DNA of 64,000 nt, from IMG/VR virus record IMGVR_UViG_3300047476_002043, positions 18,024-82,023 of that record, one strand, 5' to 3'. Of the stretch, positions 48,306 to 58,455 are shown piece after piece. The stretch's first letter is position 1. Each line of letters opens with the position of its first letter. The DNA is from a virus. Both the position numbers and the translations under genes were made by a program. A model generated the notes under the pieces. The model worked only from the letters and a program-made list of their open reading frames with translations, had not been told where the DNA came from and did no database searches.

Positions 48306-49085
48306 TTATTCTTCAAGTTCGATTACGTCAGTTCCAACGACCGCGAATTTCGACTGTCTCAGGAGCTCTTGGTATTCTGGAGTTCTTTTCTTAAACTCAG
48401 GGTCCTTGTCGAATGTAAATCCTGCGGTGGTCAGTTTGAATGATTCTCCGCCATTAAGGTAGATATCGATAGCTTCAGCGAATTCTGTATGCACAACCCA
48501 CTTCTGTTCTTCTCCGCATAGTTCAAGTTCCCTTACCTGAACTCCCGCTTTATTGCTCATGTTGAGGAAGGTATTTGAACCGCAGGCTTCTTGTGTGAGG
48601 AAGTGCCAGCGCTCTCTCGCCGAAGTGCAGCGGAGGAATCCATGGAGAAGACCAGGTGAACATTTCTTAAACACCGAAGCGCCGCTAAGCTCAAGAAGAG
48701 CTTCGCGACGACCTTCACATTTTGAAGTGATACAGCTTCCATTGAGAAGGATGGGAGTGATCTTCAAACTGTAGCCGGCATATTCCTCTTTCTCTGATGT
48801 GCGCGGGCGGTGTCCAATAACGATACCTAGACCGCTGGAGTTTTCATGATCGCGATGATCGAAGATTACCCAGGTCCCAATGGGGTAAGTTGTGGTTAGA
48901 TGGTAGGTGTCGTGTTGAATCATCCTAGCGAGTTTATCGAGTTTGTTTTTCTCAGTCACTCGGTAGTTCTGTTCTTGGATGTTCTTCATCCAATCCAGTT
49001 GCTTCATGAGCGAACGGTTGATAAGAATGCAGGTGACAATGAAAATCGAAAGAGTGATGATGATTATGAGGGACAAGGCGTTCAT
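48306..49085 (-). CDS. membrane-anchored hypothetical protein
   Basis: N-terminal TM helix, 259 aa. Confidence 0.65.
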   Translation of the reverse strand: MNALSLIIIITLSIFIVTCILINRSLMKQLDWMKNIQEQNYRVTEKNKLDKLARMIQHDTYHLTTTYPIGTWVIFDHRDHENSSGLGIVIGHRPRTSEKEEYAGYSLKITPILLNGSCITSKCEGRREALLELSGASVFKKCSPGLLHGFLRCTSARERWHFLTQEACGSNTFLNMSNKAGVQVRELELCGEEQKWVVHTEFAEAIDIYLNGGESFKLTTAGFTFDKDPEFKKRTPEYQELLRQSKFAVVGTDVIELEE

Positions 49086-49103
49086 GGTAAGTTTCCTTTG
49101 TGG

Positions 49104-49517
49104 TTAATTGATTTCTTTTTTCTCGAGGTAGAGATGACTGTGATCGGACATGCAGCTGTGGTGTTTGAGAAGATGATCGGCGCACGCCTCAGACATGAGT
49201 AGGCTAAGTTGGTATTTAGTGGGTAGTTCCTTGTAGAGACGAATGATCGTAAAACCGTTGACGATCGCCCACACAAAACCCTTAGGTTCATTATGATCCC
49301 TTAGGTCTGAGGTCTCCCCTTTGTAGGTCATGCATCTAGAGACTAGACCGCTAAAGGTTTCATGTGTGTTGGAACCTTCAGGTTGGAATTCTTCTGGGAT
49401 AGGCTCACCAAGGTGAACCAATTCGATGTCGTCTTGAGTCATGCCTCCAATCTTAGAAATAAGTTTAAAGGCATCCAAGATCGCATTCACTTCGATTCGT
49501 TCTTTACTCATCATCAT
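49104..49517 (-). CDS. hypothetical protein
   Basis: 137 aa, AAGGAG RBS. Confidence 0.6.
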   Translation of the reverse strand: MMMSKERIEVNAILDAFKLISKIGGMTQDDIELVHLGEPIPEEFQPEGSNTHETFSGLVSRCMTYKGETSDLRDHNEPKGFVWAIVNGFTIIRLYKELPTKYQLSLLMSEACADHLLKHHSCMSDHSHLYLEKKEIN

Positions 49518-49962
49518 TCTCCTTATCTATTTGACAGGTGATTGTTAAACGTGGGTTGTATGGTCTTAGTAGATTCTTGGCCTCTTCTTGGCTAATTGGT
49601 TGTTTGTAGTATTTGGGCTTATCTGGCATCATCTCGATCACTCTGGCTTTTATCTTCTCGTAGTCCGATTCCACAGGAGAGTATGATTTGTTCCACTCGG
49701 CTTCATGTTCAACATAGTCGAGAGTGGTATTAACACCGCGCCTCTCTAGTTCATTCTTTATGCGATCGAATCGCTCGCTTATAAACTTACCCTTATCGGC
49801 AAAGAACTTAACATGACCTTTACCTAATGTAAATTCTGGAGGTATTTGTTTTGGAGTTGTTCTATCTGGTTCTATTCGCACCCTAAGAATCTCGCGATAT
49901 TCTGCCAACAGATGCTGATCTGTTAACGAGGAGGGATCTATGGCAACATTAACTCTAGTCAT
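49504..49962 (-). CDS. denV: pyrimidine dimer DNA glycosylase (T4 endonuclease V family)
   Basis: MTRVN, LTDQHLLAEYREILRV, FTLGKGHVKFFADK, ELERRG. Confidence 0.92.
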   Translation of the reverse strand: MTRVNVAIDPSSLTDQHLLAEYREILRVRIEPDRTTPKQIPPEFTLGKGHVKFFADKGKFISERFDRIKNELERRGVNTTLDYVEHEAEWNKSYSPVESDYEKIKARVIEMMPDKPKYYKQPISQEEAKNLLRPYNPRLTITCQIDKENDDE

Positions 49963-50004
49963 ATTTCACCTCCATTTGGTAGATTTGATGTTGAGTACAT
50001 TTAA

Positions 50005-50033
50005 GTAATGTAGATCTGAAGAAATGATCAGAT
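50005..50033 (-). promoter_or_regulatory. early-type phage promoter motif
   Basis: ATCTGA-N15-TACATTAC upstream of denV. Confidence 0.65.
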
Positions 50034-50292
50034 AGGCGAAAAAAAAATAACTAACGATTGCTCGTTAGTTATGCAGCTAATCAGCTGCGTGAAATCTTGG
50101 GAATCGAGTTAAGCCTGGATGGCTTTTCGAAGCGTAATTCGTTTCGCTTTATTTCCAGTCTTATAATTTCGATCTGGCACTGGATAATCAGATGTCTACG
50201 CTCACTGGCCAGAAGTTCTAGCTGATACTCTTTTTTCATAGGTGTAACCACCATCCCCATCTAGCCGCAGACTAGATGGGGATGATAGCGCG

Positions 50293-51249
50293 TTACTTGG
50301 AGAACGCTTTCCAGGCCCACTGAAGGACCAGGACGGTGACGGCACCGGCCGTGAAGGCGCCGACGTCGCGTTTGGTGATGCCGCCGAATTTGACGGGCTT
50401 GGCTTCTTGGCTCATCGCTTCTTTCTCCTTTGCAGCTTCATGCTGCGCTTCGGGTTGGGCACCGCTATCGATGATGATGGATTCAGCGGCGGATTCGTTG
50501 CTGTTGTTGTTGTCTTTGGACATGGTGACGATCTCCTGTTCAGGTTCTTGTTTGGGGGTGATTTTGGTGAATGTGGTTTTGCCGTTATGCCGTTCGGCGA
50601 CGTAGTTGCCGCTCTTGATGATGATGTTGTAAGACCGCGTCAGGGCCTGTTCAGCCTTGAGCTCTGTCATGGCTCGATGATTGCCAAGTTTCTTATTCTT
50701 AGCGATCAAAGCGCGGATCTCATGATGCATGGCTTCAAGAGATTTGTCAGGGTTCTGTTCATAGACTTTGAGTCTTTCTTGAACTTCGATGAGGACCTCT
50801 TCGCCACTGTCGGTTTTCTTGTTCCTGACCCAGCGTCTGCTGTTGTCAGGGAAAACCTTCAGTTCGGCAGATTCTCCTTTCATCATCTGTTCTACCTGAC
50901 GCAGAGCGGCTGCTTCAAGCTCGATACCACCCTCTTTAAGGAGAGCGCATTCGTTCTTGACCTCAGCCAGCCAGCGATCCCAGTCGATATCTTCCGGGAA
51001 ATTGGCAAGAGTGTCGACAAGATCTCTGACCTTTTCGCTCACTTTCTTTTCGAGTTCAGCGGCGGCCTTGATGGCCGAATCCATTTTGCTAATGTCGTCG
51101 TACATCAGAGCCTTCCTTGTTGTTGATTGTTCTACGGCCATTTGACCGATTAGGTTATCTAAACATTCTCGCAGAGACCTTAAGTCAGCTTTTGGTCTCA
51201 GGCCGTAAGCAACCAGAAGGTCGCGTACGTACGATAACGATTCGCTCAT
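50293..51249 (-). CDS. coiled-coil protein with C-terminal hydrophobic anchor
   Basis: 318 aa, GGAGG RBS. Confidence 0.7.
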   Translation of the reverse strand: MSESLSYVRDLLVAYGLRPKADLRSLRECLDNLIGQMAVEQSTTRKALMYDDISKMDSAIKAAAELEKKVSEKVRDLVDTLANFPEDIDWDRWLAEVKNECALLKEGGIELEAAALRQVEQMMKGESAELKVFPDNSRRWVRNKKTDSGEEVLIEVQERLKVYEQNPDKSLEAMHHEIRALIAKNKKLGNHRAMTELKAEQALTRSYNIIIKSGNYVAERHNGKTTFTKITPKQEPEQEIVTMSKDNNNSNESAAESIIIDSGAQPEAQHEAAKEKEAMSQEAKPVKFGGITKRDVGAFTAGAVTVLVLQWAWKAFSK

Positions 51250-51419
51250 TCGTAGCTTCCTCCTGTTGCTGTTGGCGTTTCATTTTCTGCGTCCATGTTT
51301 CTTTCTCATGGCGCATGATCTCAAGAGCCGCGTGGCTATCACTTAGAAGTTTTTGGTCCATTTTTTGTGTAAGGGGGTTAAGTTGAAGATGAAGGCCGGA
51401 TTACTCCAACCACCAGGAT

Positions 51420-52010
51420 TCATTGGCTCATTTGAGCTACGTCAGCTAGATAATCCATGCCGTCCTTCCATTGGTTCCTATAGAAACCATCCAGGCTACG
51501 CATACCCTGGGGAACAACGATGTAGCCTTCAGTTTCAAAGAACCTTTCAACTAGTCGAGCATTTTGCTCAGCCAGCTGGGAATTTTTGAAGGTCATGGAA
51601 ATCGATGCGAGCATTAGACCATTAGCGGCCTTGATGCACAGAACGTTGTCTGTAACAGTAACACTCTTCTCATCTTGTTCTTTGATGAAATCGAGAGCTC
51701 TGTTAAGATCAATATTCGTTATGTGCTTATCAAGACTAGCTTCGTAATCGGCGATCGCCTTAGCTGCTTCTAGCAACCCAGCATTTACATCTTGGCCATG
51801 AGACCAGAGTACGCGGTGGGCTTCTAGAGTGAGCTCATAGCGCTTCAACTTGGACCTGAAGCGTTCGCACGCTTCTTTGTAGAACCCCTTAGAGAGTTCG
51901 GTAAAGTTTTCGTAGATGCCGATATCCTTATCGATACCTACGGCTTTAAGGTCCAAGGAAATAGCAACACTTGTTTCGAACGTAATCATTGTTTTCTCCT
52001 TGAACCTCAT
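51420..52010 (-). CDS. hypothetical protein
   Basis: 196 aa. Confidence 0.65.
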   Translation of the reverse strand: MRFKEKTMITFETSVAISLDLKAVGIDKDIGIYENFTELSKGFYKEACERFRSKLKRYELTLEAHRVLWSHGQDVNAGLLEAAKAIADYEASLDKHITNIDLNRALDFIKEQDEKSVTVTDNVLCIKAANGLMLASISMTFKNSQLAEQNARLVERFFETEGYIVVPQGMRSLDGFYRNQWKDGMDYLADVAQMSQ

Positions 52011-52013
52011 CTC

Positions 52014-52352
52014 TTAGGAGACGCAGACGGTCTCCTCGAGAATCAGTTTTCTTGGTGTGATGGAGCTAAGCTCCTTTTCGAGTTTGGCCGACAGACTTAC
52101 CAACAGTTCAGTCTGCTGGTAATCCTCGTCGTCGCCTTTGCCACCACGATGAGCGTGATAGGCTATTTGGGCCTGGAGAGCCGAATGCTTCGCCTTTTGA
52201 CGGGCGTCGTTCAGCGATGACTCCCAGACCGATCTCGAGGCTTTGCCTTTTATGGCGTCCTCAGCCAGACTGTAGAGATTCCTTTTGGCGTGAGCCGAGA
52301 CAGCCCAGGCGACTTCAGCTACTTCAAGTAGATTCTTCAGATCGCTACTCAT
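52014..52352 (-). CDS. hypothetical protein
   Basis: 112 aa, AAGGAG RBS. Confidence 0.6.
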   Translation of the reverse strand: MSSDLKNLLEVAEVAWAVSAHAKRNLYSLAEDAIKGKASRSVWESSLNDARQKAKHSALQAQIAYHAHRGGKGDDEDYQQTELLVSLSAKLEKELSSITPRKLILEETVCVS

Positions 52353-52542
52353 GGCGGGTTCTCCTTATTTGAACATTTTAGGAGCGGTAAGAACGAGAAC
52401 GAAGGCGGCTGCTGCAAGCAGCATGCCGAATGAGATTTTGATGTCGATAGCAACTCGCTTGTTATCTTCAGATTCATTGCTCATGGCGATTCCTCATGGT
52501 TTTAGGGTTAAGACTTAAGCTTTTGATAGCTTATTCACCCAG

Positions 52543-52570
52543 GTAATGTAGATCTATGAGCCAATGAACT
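52543..52570 (-). promoter_or_regulatory. early-type phage promoter motif
   Basis: AGTTCA-N14-TACATTAC. Confidence 0.6.
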
Positions 52571-52606
52571 ACACTTTTTGAATTAATCATTATATACTCG
52601 AAATCA

Positions 52607-52860
52607 CTTGCCTGTACCTCCCAGCTTTTAGCAGCCCTTGTAGATGGGGATAAAGGATAGGCAAGCCACTGGTTAATTCGGCTACCAAGACAGTTCGGTG
52701 TCTAGGTGGTTACAAGGGTTGGCATGTGTGTGCTCTGGAGGTTTGACCGGCGGTAAGTTAGCTGTTTAGGGGTTTTGTGTCCTCGTGGTTTACCCTAGGT
52801 AGTCTAACTTATCCAGGAATTGGTCCTCCTGGATTGCGGGGCCTAAGGTCTAACACCTCC
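52607..52860 (+). ncRNA. candidate structured non-coding RNA with pseudoknot
   Basis: No ORF; nested helices and an 11-bp loop-to-downstream pairing; late-type motif upstream and terminator-like hairpin downstream. Confidence 0.55.
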
Positions 52861-52881
52861 AAAAAGACAACATGAAGCCTA

Positions 52882-52917
52882 GCTCACCCCTCCCGGCTTG
52901 CGCCGGGAGGGGTGAGC
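52882..52917. terminator. 16-bp perfect hairpin
   Basis: GCTCACCCCTCCCGGC-TTGC-GCCGGGAGGGGTGAGC. Confidence 0.7.
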
Positions 52918-52934
52918 CTTGCTCTGTTTGATTG

Positions 52935-53303
52935 TCATTTCTTTCTTTCTAGGCGATCTAGCGCATTCATAATGATTTTAAACCCGTTCCTGGATAGCCC
53001 ATTCTTATTCGAGCAGTTGTATAACCACCCAAGTCCATTGTGATAGATACAGATGTTGTATACCACGGAGTCGTGATCTATTATCTCAATGTGGATATCC
53101 TCAAAATGGAAAACTTTGGCAGTTTGAGTAACCGAGAAGCTGCACTTTCTATGAAAGATCCTGAGGTCGTGCATATCGTTTATTCTCTTGAACAGCATAT
53201 GGCGCTGATCCGGAGATGCGATATTGAAGAATTTGTAAGCTGTGTTCATACAGAAGAACAGAGTCGCAGCGATCATAAGTAGAATGATGTACAACATTGC
53301 CAA
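52935..53303 (-). CDS. membrane-anchored hypothetical protein
   Basis: TTG start after AGGAGG; N-terminal TM. Confidence 0.6.
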   Translation of the reverse strand: MAMLYIILLMIAATLFFCMNTAYKFFNIASPDQRHMLFKRINDMHDLRIFHRKCSFSVTQTAKVFHFEDIHIEIIDHDSVVYNICIYHNGLGWLYNCSNKNGLSRNGFKIIMNALDRLERKK

Positions 53304-53372
53304 TACCTCCTTCCTGTTTATAAGATGACCACCAACCTACGGCCGAAAGGCCGTAGGTTGACGGAGTGTATC

Positions 53373-55451
53373 TTAAGAACCGTAGATGTCACCAAGCAGA
53401 AGCTGACGCTTATCATGGCCAACAGCGATACCCAAGCGCTCAAGTGTTAGGTAAGCGGGCTTGAGGTTACTGAAGATGATGTGTCTAACGTTGATGAGCG
53501 GAATCAGTTCTTCAGGAATAGACCTACAAAGAGAATGTAGGACGATCGCCGAAGGTTGCTTCTTGTCGCCAACATGAGCAAGGTATTTCTTGTAGGCAGA
53601 AGGATTGCGCTCATTGAGCCATTCCAGGTACTGCGGCGTGATCGTGCAGAGCTTGATGAGAGGTACTTTATCAGGAGGATTGATGATTCCGTACTTATCG
53701 CCGAAAACGGCATTCCAAGCATCGCAATAGGCCCAGACTGAACCCTCAGGGTTGTCGTAGTCCTTATCCATCTTGACGGTTTGCTTAGGGAGATAGGTGA
53801 GTTCACCCTTAGCTAAACTCTCTCGGATAGCCTGTTCGAAAGCGATGACTTTATCGATGAGAGCAATACCGCTAATATCCCCTTTTGTAGCTGGGATAAC
53901 GATATCGTTGATGATGAGATCTTCGATGAAGTCCAAACTATCTTCAGCGATAGTTGAACCTTTGAGAACCGCACCTTTGATGTCAGGCTTAGGCTTAGGT
54001 AAGTTGACACCTTCTTGAATCTTGATGAGACCGGCGTATGTCTTTTTGGTATCGTACAGGATCAGCGCAGGATACAAGAACTCGTTCTTCATCCGCATGA
54101 TCTTGGTGTTCTCTTTAGTCGCACCCTGAGCGATGCTGAATTTACTCATGGCATCATCGTTGGCTTTGGTGAGCCAGTAGGTGACAAGAGCCGAGATGCT
54201 GAAGTGTGGAACATCGATGTTGTTAAGGTGACCAACGAACCACTCTGCCCAGTCCTTTGAGGTAAAGATAACCGAGTCAGTGTCAGAGATGATGACGGTA
54301 TTCCTAATCATCGCTTTGCGAGTAAGGATGTTGGGCGTCATGATGTTGTGGTAGATGAACGTTTCGAACAGATCATCCAGGAACCGGAGTTTTTTGTCCA
54401 TAGACTTGGCTGTCTGGACACAAAGTCTTGCGAGATTCGGATGCTTGTCGACCAGTTCACTATGTTTGGTGTCGGCCAGTTGAGGACTAAGGATAGTGTA
54501 GACGATAGGCATCATGTCCCCATCGAACTTATGGATATCCTTAGGGTCGACACTAGGGTCAACTTCAACGATCGGTGTAAGGATATCTTGGATGATGGGG
54601 CGGAAGATTGATTCATTAGCCCAGAAGAGATGGCGCAGGTTGCTGGCGTAGTAGATGAACTGGTGCACATGCCAAGGGAGGCTTCTGATGTACTGAGCGA
54701 GCATTCCAAAGTTATCACGTCGTTTGTATTGCATGACTGTTTTGGTCATGTAGTCGACAACATCTTCTGCCGAGACAGCTCTGATGTTATACTTGGTAAT
54801 GGCGTTCTGGATGGTCTCATGTGGTGGACCAAGGCGATTGCAAAGAATAGCCCAGTTGAGAGCTTCGGTGACATTGAACCAGGCGAAGTTACCACCGAGT
54901 GTATTCTCAGCTGTAGTGTAAGAGTGCGCGATCATCGCTCGAGCGCTTGAGGTGATCGAGTTGTAGCCGGCTTTGCAGTAGAAGACGTTGTACGCAGAGC
55001 CGTATCCACCAGGGAGTGAGTTTAGGCGAACCTTAACTGTAGTCTGTGCACACTTGTACTTGCGGACCATCATCTTCTCGCCAGACTCTTCAGCGGCGAA
55101 TTGTTTCTTCTTCAGAGTCTTCCGTTCGAGAAGACCTTCTTTGGTCATAGTTGAAAGGAACGCTTCTTCAACGTGAGCTGGCTTGTAGACTGTACCACTA
55201 GGAGTAATGATGTCTTTGTTGTACTTTTGAAGATAATTACCGAGGTTGCTTGATACAACTTTGGCAACCCCATCTCTAGGGTTTTCAACGCAGGTGATGG
55301 CAGGATTTTTGAGACGGGTCATTTGTGATTCGATGTATGCCATAGCCTCTTCGGGCGAGCATTTGGTGGATGCAGTCAACAGGCTAAGCATGTTGTTTTT
55401 GTAGGACGCTAGAAGCTGTGGGCGGACAACTTCGTCTGCAACTCTTTCCAT
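53373..55451 (-). CDS. divergent family B DNA polymerase (phiKZ-type polymerase-domain subunit)
   Basis: KVRLNSLPGGYG (motif B), SITSSAR, IISDTDS (motif C), KNEF, KKTYA, IKG. Confidence 0.85.
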   Translation of the reverse strand: MERVADEVVRPQLLASYKNNMLSLLTASTKCSPEEAMAYIESQMTRLKNPAITCVENPRDGVAKVVSSNLGNYLQKYNKDIITPSGTVYKPAHVEEAFLSTMTKEGLLERKTLKKKQFAAEESGEKMMVRKYKCAQTTVKVRLNSLPGGYGSAYNVFYCKAGYNSITSSARAMIAHSYTTAENTLGGNFAWFNVTEALNWAILCNRLGPPHETIQNAITKYNIRAVSAEDVVDYMTKTVMQYKRRDNFGMLAQYIRSLPWHVHQFIYYASNLRHLFWANESIFRPIIQDILTPIVEVDPSVDPKDIHKFDGDMMPIVYTILSPQLADTKHSELVDKHPNLARLCVQTAKSMDKKLRFLDDLFETFIYHNIMTPNILTRKAMIRNTVIISDTDSVIFTSKDWAEWFVGHLNNIDVPHFSISALVTYWLTKANDDAMSKFSIAQGATKENTKIMRMKNEFLYPALILYDTKKTYAGLIKIQEGVNLPKPKPDIKGAVLKGSTIAEDSLDFIEDLIINDIVIPATKGDISGIALIDKVIAFEQAIRESLAKGELTYLPKQTVKMDKDYDNPEGSVWAYCDAWNAVFGDKYGIINPPDKVPLIKLCTITPQYLEWLNERNPSAYKKYLAHVGDKKQPSAIVLHSLCRSIPEELIPLINVRHIIFSNLKPAYLTLERLGIAVGHDKRQLLLGDIYGS

Positions 55452-55580
55452 AGTTGGATTCTCCTTGTATGATTTCTGGCAGGTGGTAGATTATGATCGA
55501 CGGACGTAAATAAACAATAGTATGCAAAGCTAGAGCAAGACTAGCACTTACCATTCTAACAACCAAAAGGATATCACTCC

Positions 55581-56021
55581 ATGCCTGATTTCAACCTCAC
55601 CGCCAAAGCTTCCGCCGCTATCGCTCGTCTCGTTCTTCAGCAGCGCATGCTCAACGAAGCTGAAGAGTGCTGCTTCAACATGACCGCTGAGAACTACGAA
55701 GCCGTTCTCGCCAAAGTCACAAAATCTTGCGATGCCCTCGTCAACACTGGCAAGCTCTACAACGACATCTACGAGAAAGTCACCGCCATCGTCAAAGCGC
55801 GTCTTCTTGAAGGTAAAAACGGTCCCCCGTCTACAGATGTTCCTGTCTGGCTCGATGTTGATTCCATCATCGCATCTGTCGTTGCCGACCCGAGCATCGA
55901 ATCTCCCGATCTTCGCAAAGCATGTGAAGACTACCTGGCAGCCAAGAAAGCCCTTGATGCCACCAAGGACAATCTTGAAGATGTCTTCTATGGTGCTTAC
56001 CGAGTTGCCAACCCATACTGA
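55581..56021 (+). CDS. hypothetical protein
   Basis: 146 aa, AAGGA RBS, strongly C-ending codons. Confidence 0.7.
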   Translation: MPDFNLTAKASAAIARLVLQQRMLNEAEECCFNMTAENYEAVLAKVTKSCDALVNTGKLYNDIYEKVTAIVKARLLEGKNGPPSTDVPVWLDVDSIIASVVADPSIESPDLRKACEDYLAAKKALDATKDNLEDVFYGAYRVANPY

Positions 56022-56094
56022 TCTCTCCTCATCCATCCTGACCGCCTGGTCAGGATGGATGATCTTCTTTATTTTTACCTAGGGTAGTCATTCC

Positions 56095-56874
56095 ATGAAC
56101 CAACCCAAAGGCATAATCATGAGCGATGCTTTAAGTAAACAAGAGGAAGAATTCCTCAAACTCCACATTGCGTCCACATTCCGCCGTAGACCGAAGTGGA
56201 TTGTCTATAATCCAGAATTCCCGAACAAGCTCCTCTTCACGTCTATCGAGTGCGATGGCATCTTCGACTACAAACCGACCATCAATGATGTTGTACATAC
56301 CGTTTACTTCAAAGACCGGAAGATCATGGATCTCTTCAGAAAAGTCTACGGTAAGTACATCGATATGCAGAAAATCTTCTTCATGCATCAGCCGATGAGT
56401 ATGATTCTCCTCACGTCCAAAAATCACACAGAAGACTTCATCATTCAGAATACCGAGAAATCTGTTCTGATCACGAAGCTCAAAGTCAAGGAACCCGAGC
56501 CAGAAGAATTCGTTCATATCGTCGACGATTTAACATACCTACACCTTATCGAAGTTGCCGACAGCTTCGATAAGTTCACGGAACCGGGTAAATCGAGTAG
56601 CTTTAGCTGCCCGTTAAATATTTCAGCTCACGAGCTCGATGAACCATCGCGCCTTCAGATCAATACGCCTCTCGGTACAGTTAATCTCGTTTTCTTGGAT
56701 GGCCACTCTACAGTCTCCGTGAAGGAGTATTCCAAGAAGATCAAAGAGACATACACTGCCACCATCCATCTAGGGAAAGAGTTGGGTGTAACGAGAAATG
56801 TCATCTGTTACGACAACAAGTACATGACCGTTAAGTCACTCATTCCGGCGTCCATTCAATTCATCAGGAAATGA
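56095..56874 (+). CDS. hypothetical protein
   Basis: 259 aa. Confidence 0.7.
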   Translation: MNQPKGIIMSDALSKQEEEFLKLHIASTFRRRPKWIVYNPEFPNKLLFTSIECDGIFDYKPTINDVVHTVYFKDRKIMDLFRKVYGKYIDMQKIFFMHQPMSMILLTSKNHTEDFIIQNTEKSVLITKLKVKEPEPEEFVHIVDDLTYLHLIEVADSFDKFTEPGKSSSFSCPLNISAHELDEPSRLQINTPLGTVNLVFLDGHSTVSVKEYSKKIKETYTATIHLGKELGVTRNVICYDNKYMTVKSLIPASIQFIRK

Positions 56875-56991
56875 ACCTCCGATCCTCTAGTCCCGTGAGG
56901 GACTAGAGGAGCTCTCTTTATTAAAAAGACTATTGTTATTTTATACTCCGTCTCAGGAGATCCCTCAATTCAACTGCAACAAGGACAACCT

Positions 56992-58455
56992 ATGACTCAA
57001 GTTAATCATGACGAGATGGCTTCCAGAATCGATGCTGCCGGTGAAACTCTCGGCGCCGAAAAAGTCAAAGTGATCGATCCGGTCGAACAACAAAAACAGA
57101 ACTCCGCAAAAGCTGCAAAGGACCGAGGCGGCGATTCGGCCGATTTCAGAGACATGTTCTCGCTTCTCCTCGCCAGCCAGAAGCAAGTCATGCAGGCCAT
57201 GGAGTGGATCAATAAATCCCTCGAAGGCGTTGAGACCGAAAAGCTCTTCAAGGATAACCCTAGCGATCTGCGCATTCGCATCGCAGAGAGTGTTGAGTCT
57301 CCTGTTCGCAATCGCAACACCGACTTCAACAATAGTGCCGTTATGCGCCAAGAGGCCTCAGGTGCTGTTTTCCGCGATTCCTCCCTCGATGAACGCATCC
57401 GCACAAGAGCTGCATATGGCGCCAACAAGGTTGGTGAACTTACCGGTAAGGACGCCGAGAACGTCTTCACTGCCCGTATGCGCGGTTACCAAAAAATCTT
57501 CCTTCTCGGTTCTGGCTTCTCCGTCACCATCCGTCCTCCTACCATCGAAGAGCTGAACCGCTTCATCATCAATGCCGATGCTGATGGCCGCGAAATCGGT
57601 AGCATCCTTGGCGGTCACTATTTCTACATCAGTGACAACTACATCAAAGCAAAGTTCATGGAGTTCTTCCCGCTCCTGATCAAAGATTGCAATCTGGTTG
57701 ATTGGGAGAAGGGGAACAATTTCGCCAACTCCGTCAGCATCCACGACTACGAAACTCTCATCTGGGCTGTCACCAGAACTATGTACATGAAGGGATACTC
57801 TCTCCCTCACATCTGCATCAAAGAAGAGTGCAAGCATGAGCGTGATGTTCTTTACGACATCGGCAAACTTCGTCAGGTCAATACCTCTATGCTTGGTGAT
57901 AAAGCATACGAGATGTTGCTTGGTCAAACAGTTACCGTCGAACAAGCTAACATCTATCGCAACACCCTCATCGGCGGTAACAGACAGTTCAAAGTCGAAG
58001 ATTACACTTTCTACACGAAAGTCCCGAGTGTTCAAGAAGTCATCGACTACAACAACAAGATCATCGCCCGTCTTGTTGCCAACACTCAAGGTGAGCGTAC
58101 CATTACCTCTAACAAGGTTGTGCATCAGCTGACCATCCTGTTCGCCAACACCTTCGCTCCGTGGATCCGCAAAATGGCACACGAAGCAGAGGACATCCCG
58201 CGCATCGAAACTGAAGATATCAACGCTATCTATAGCGTCATCGCACAGTTCCAAGATACCGATGCCTTCGATGAAATCAAAGAAGCTCTCTCCAATCTTC
58301 CCAAAGACACACGAGTTAGTTTCATCGGCTATCTCAATGAAGCATGCGTCGCTTGCGGCGCCAAAGATGAGGAGGCTGGTTCCTTCAAGACTTGGGACCC
58401 CTCTACAGCTTTTTTTATGCTTTCCGGAATCAAGATAGCCAAAAGGATCAAGTAA
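56992..58455 (+). CDS. putative tail/baseplate assembly chaperone-like protein
   Basis: VTIRPPT..E, C..EECKH and CVACG; ends just after a slippery T7 heptamer. Confidence 0.55.
   Translation: MTQVNHDEMASRIDAAGETLGAEKVKVIDPVEQQKQNSAKAAKDRGGDSADFRDMFSLLLASQKQVMQAMEWINKSLEGVETEKLFKDNPSDLRIRIAESVESPVRNRNTDFNNSAVMRQEASGAVFRDSSLDERIRTRAAYGANKVGELTGKDAENVFTARMRGYQKIFLLGSGFSVTIRPPTIEELNRFIINADADGREIGSILGGHYFYISDNYIKAKFMEFFPLLIKDCNLVDWEKGNNFANSVSIHDYETLIWAVTRTMYMKGYSLPHICIKEECKHERDVLYDIGKLRQVNTSMLGDKAYEMLLGQTVTVEQANIYRNTLIGGNRQFKVEDYTFYTKVPSVQEVIDYNNKIIARLVANTQGERTITSNKVVHQLTILFANTFAPWIRKMAHEAEDIPRIETEDINAIYSVIAQFQDTDAFDEIKEALSNLPKDTRVSFIGYLNEACVACGAKDEEAGSFKTWDPSTAFFMLSGIKIAKRIK

Noticed and set aside
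57358-58254. 298 aa minus-strand ORF
   Set aside because: Antisense shadow of the 487 aa gene, caused by strong codon bias
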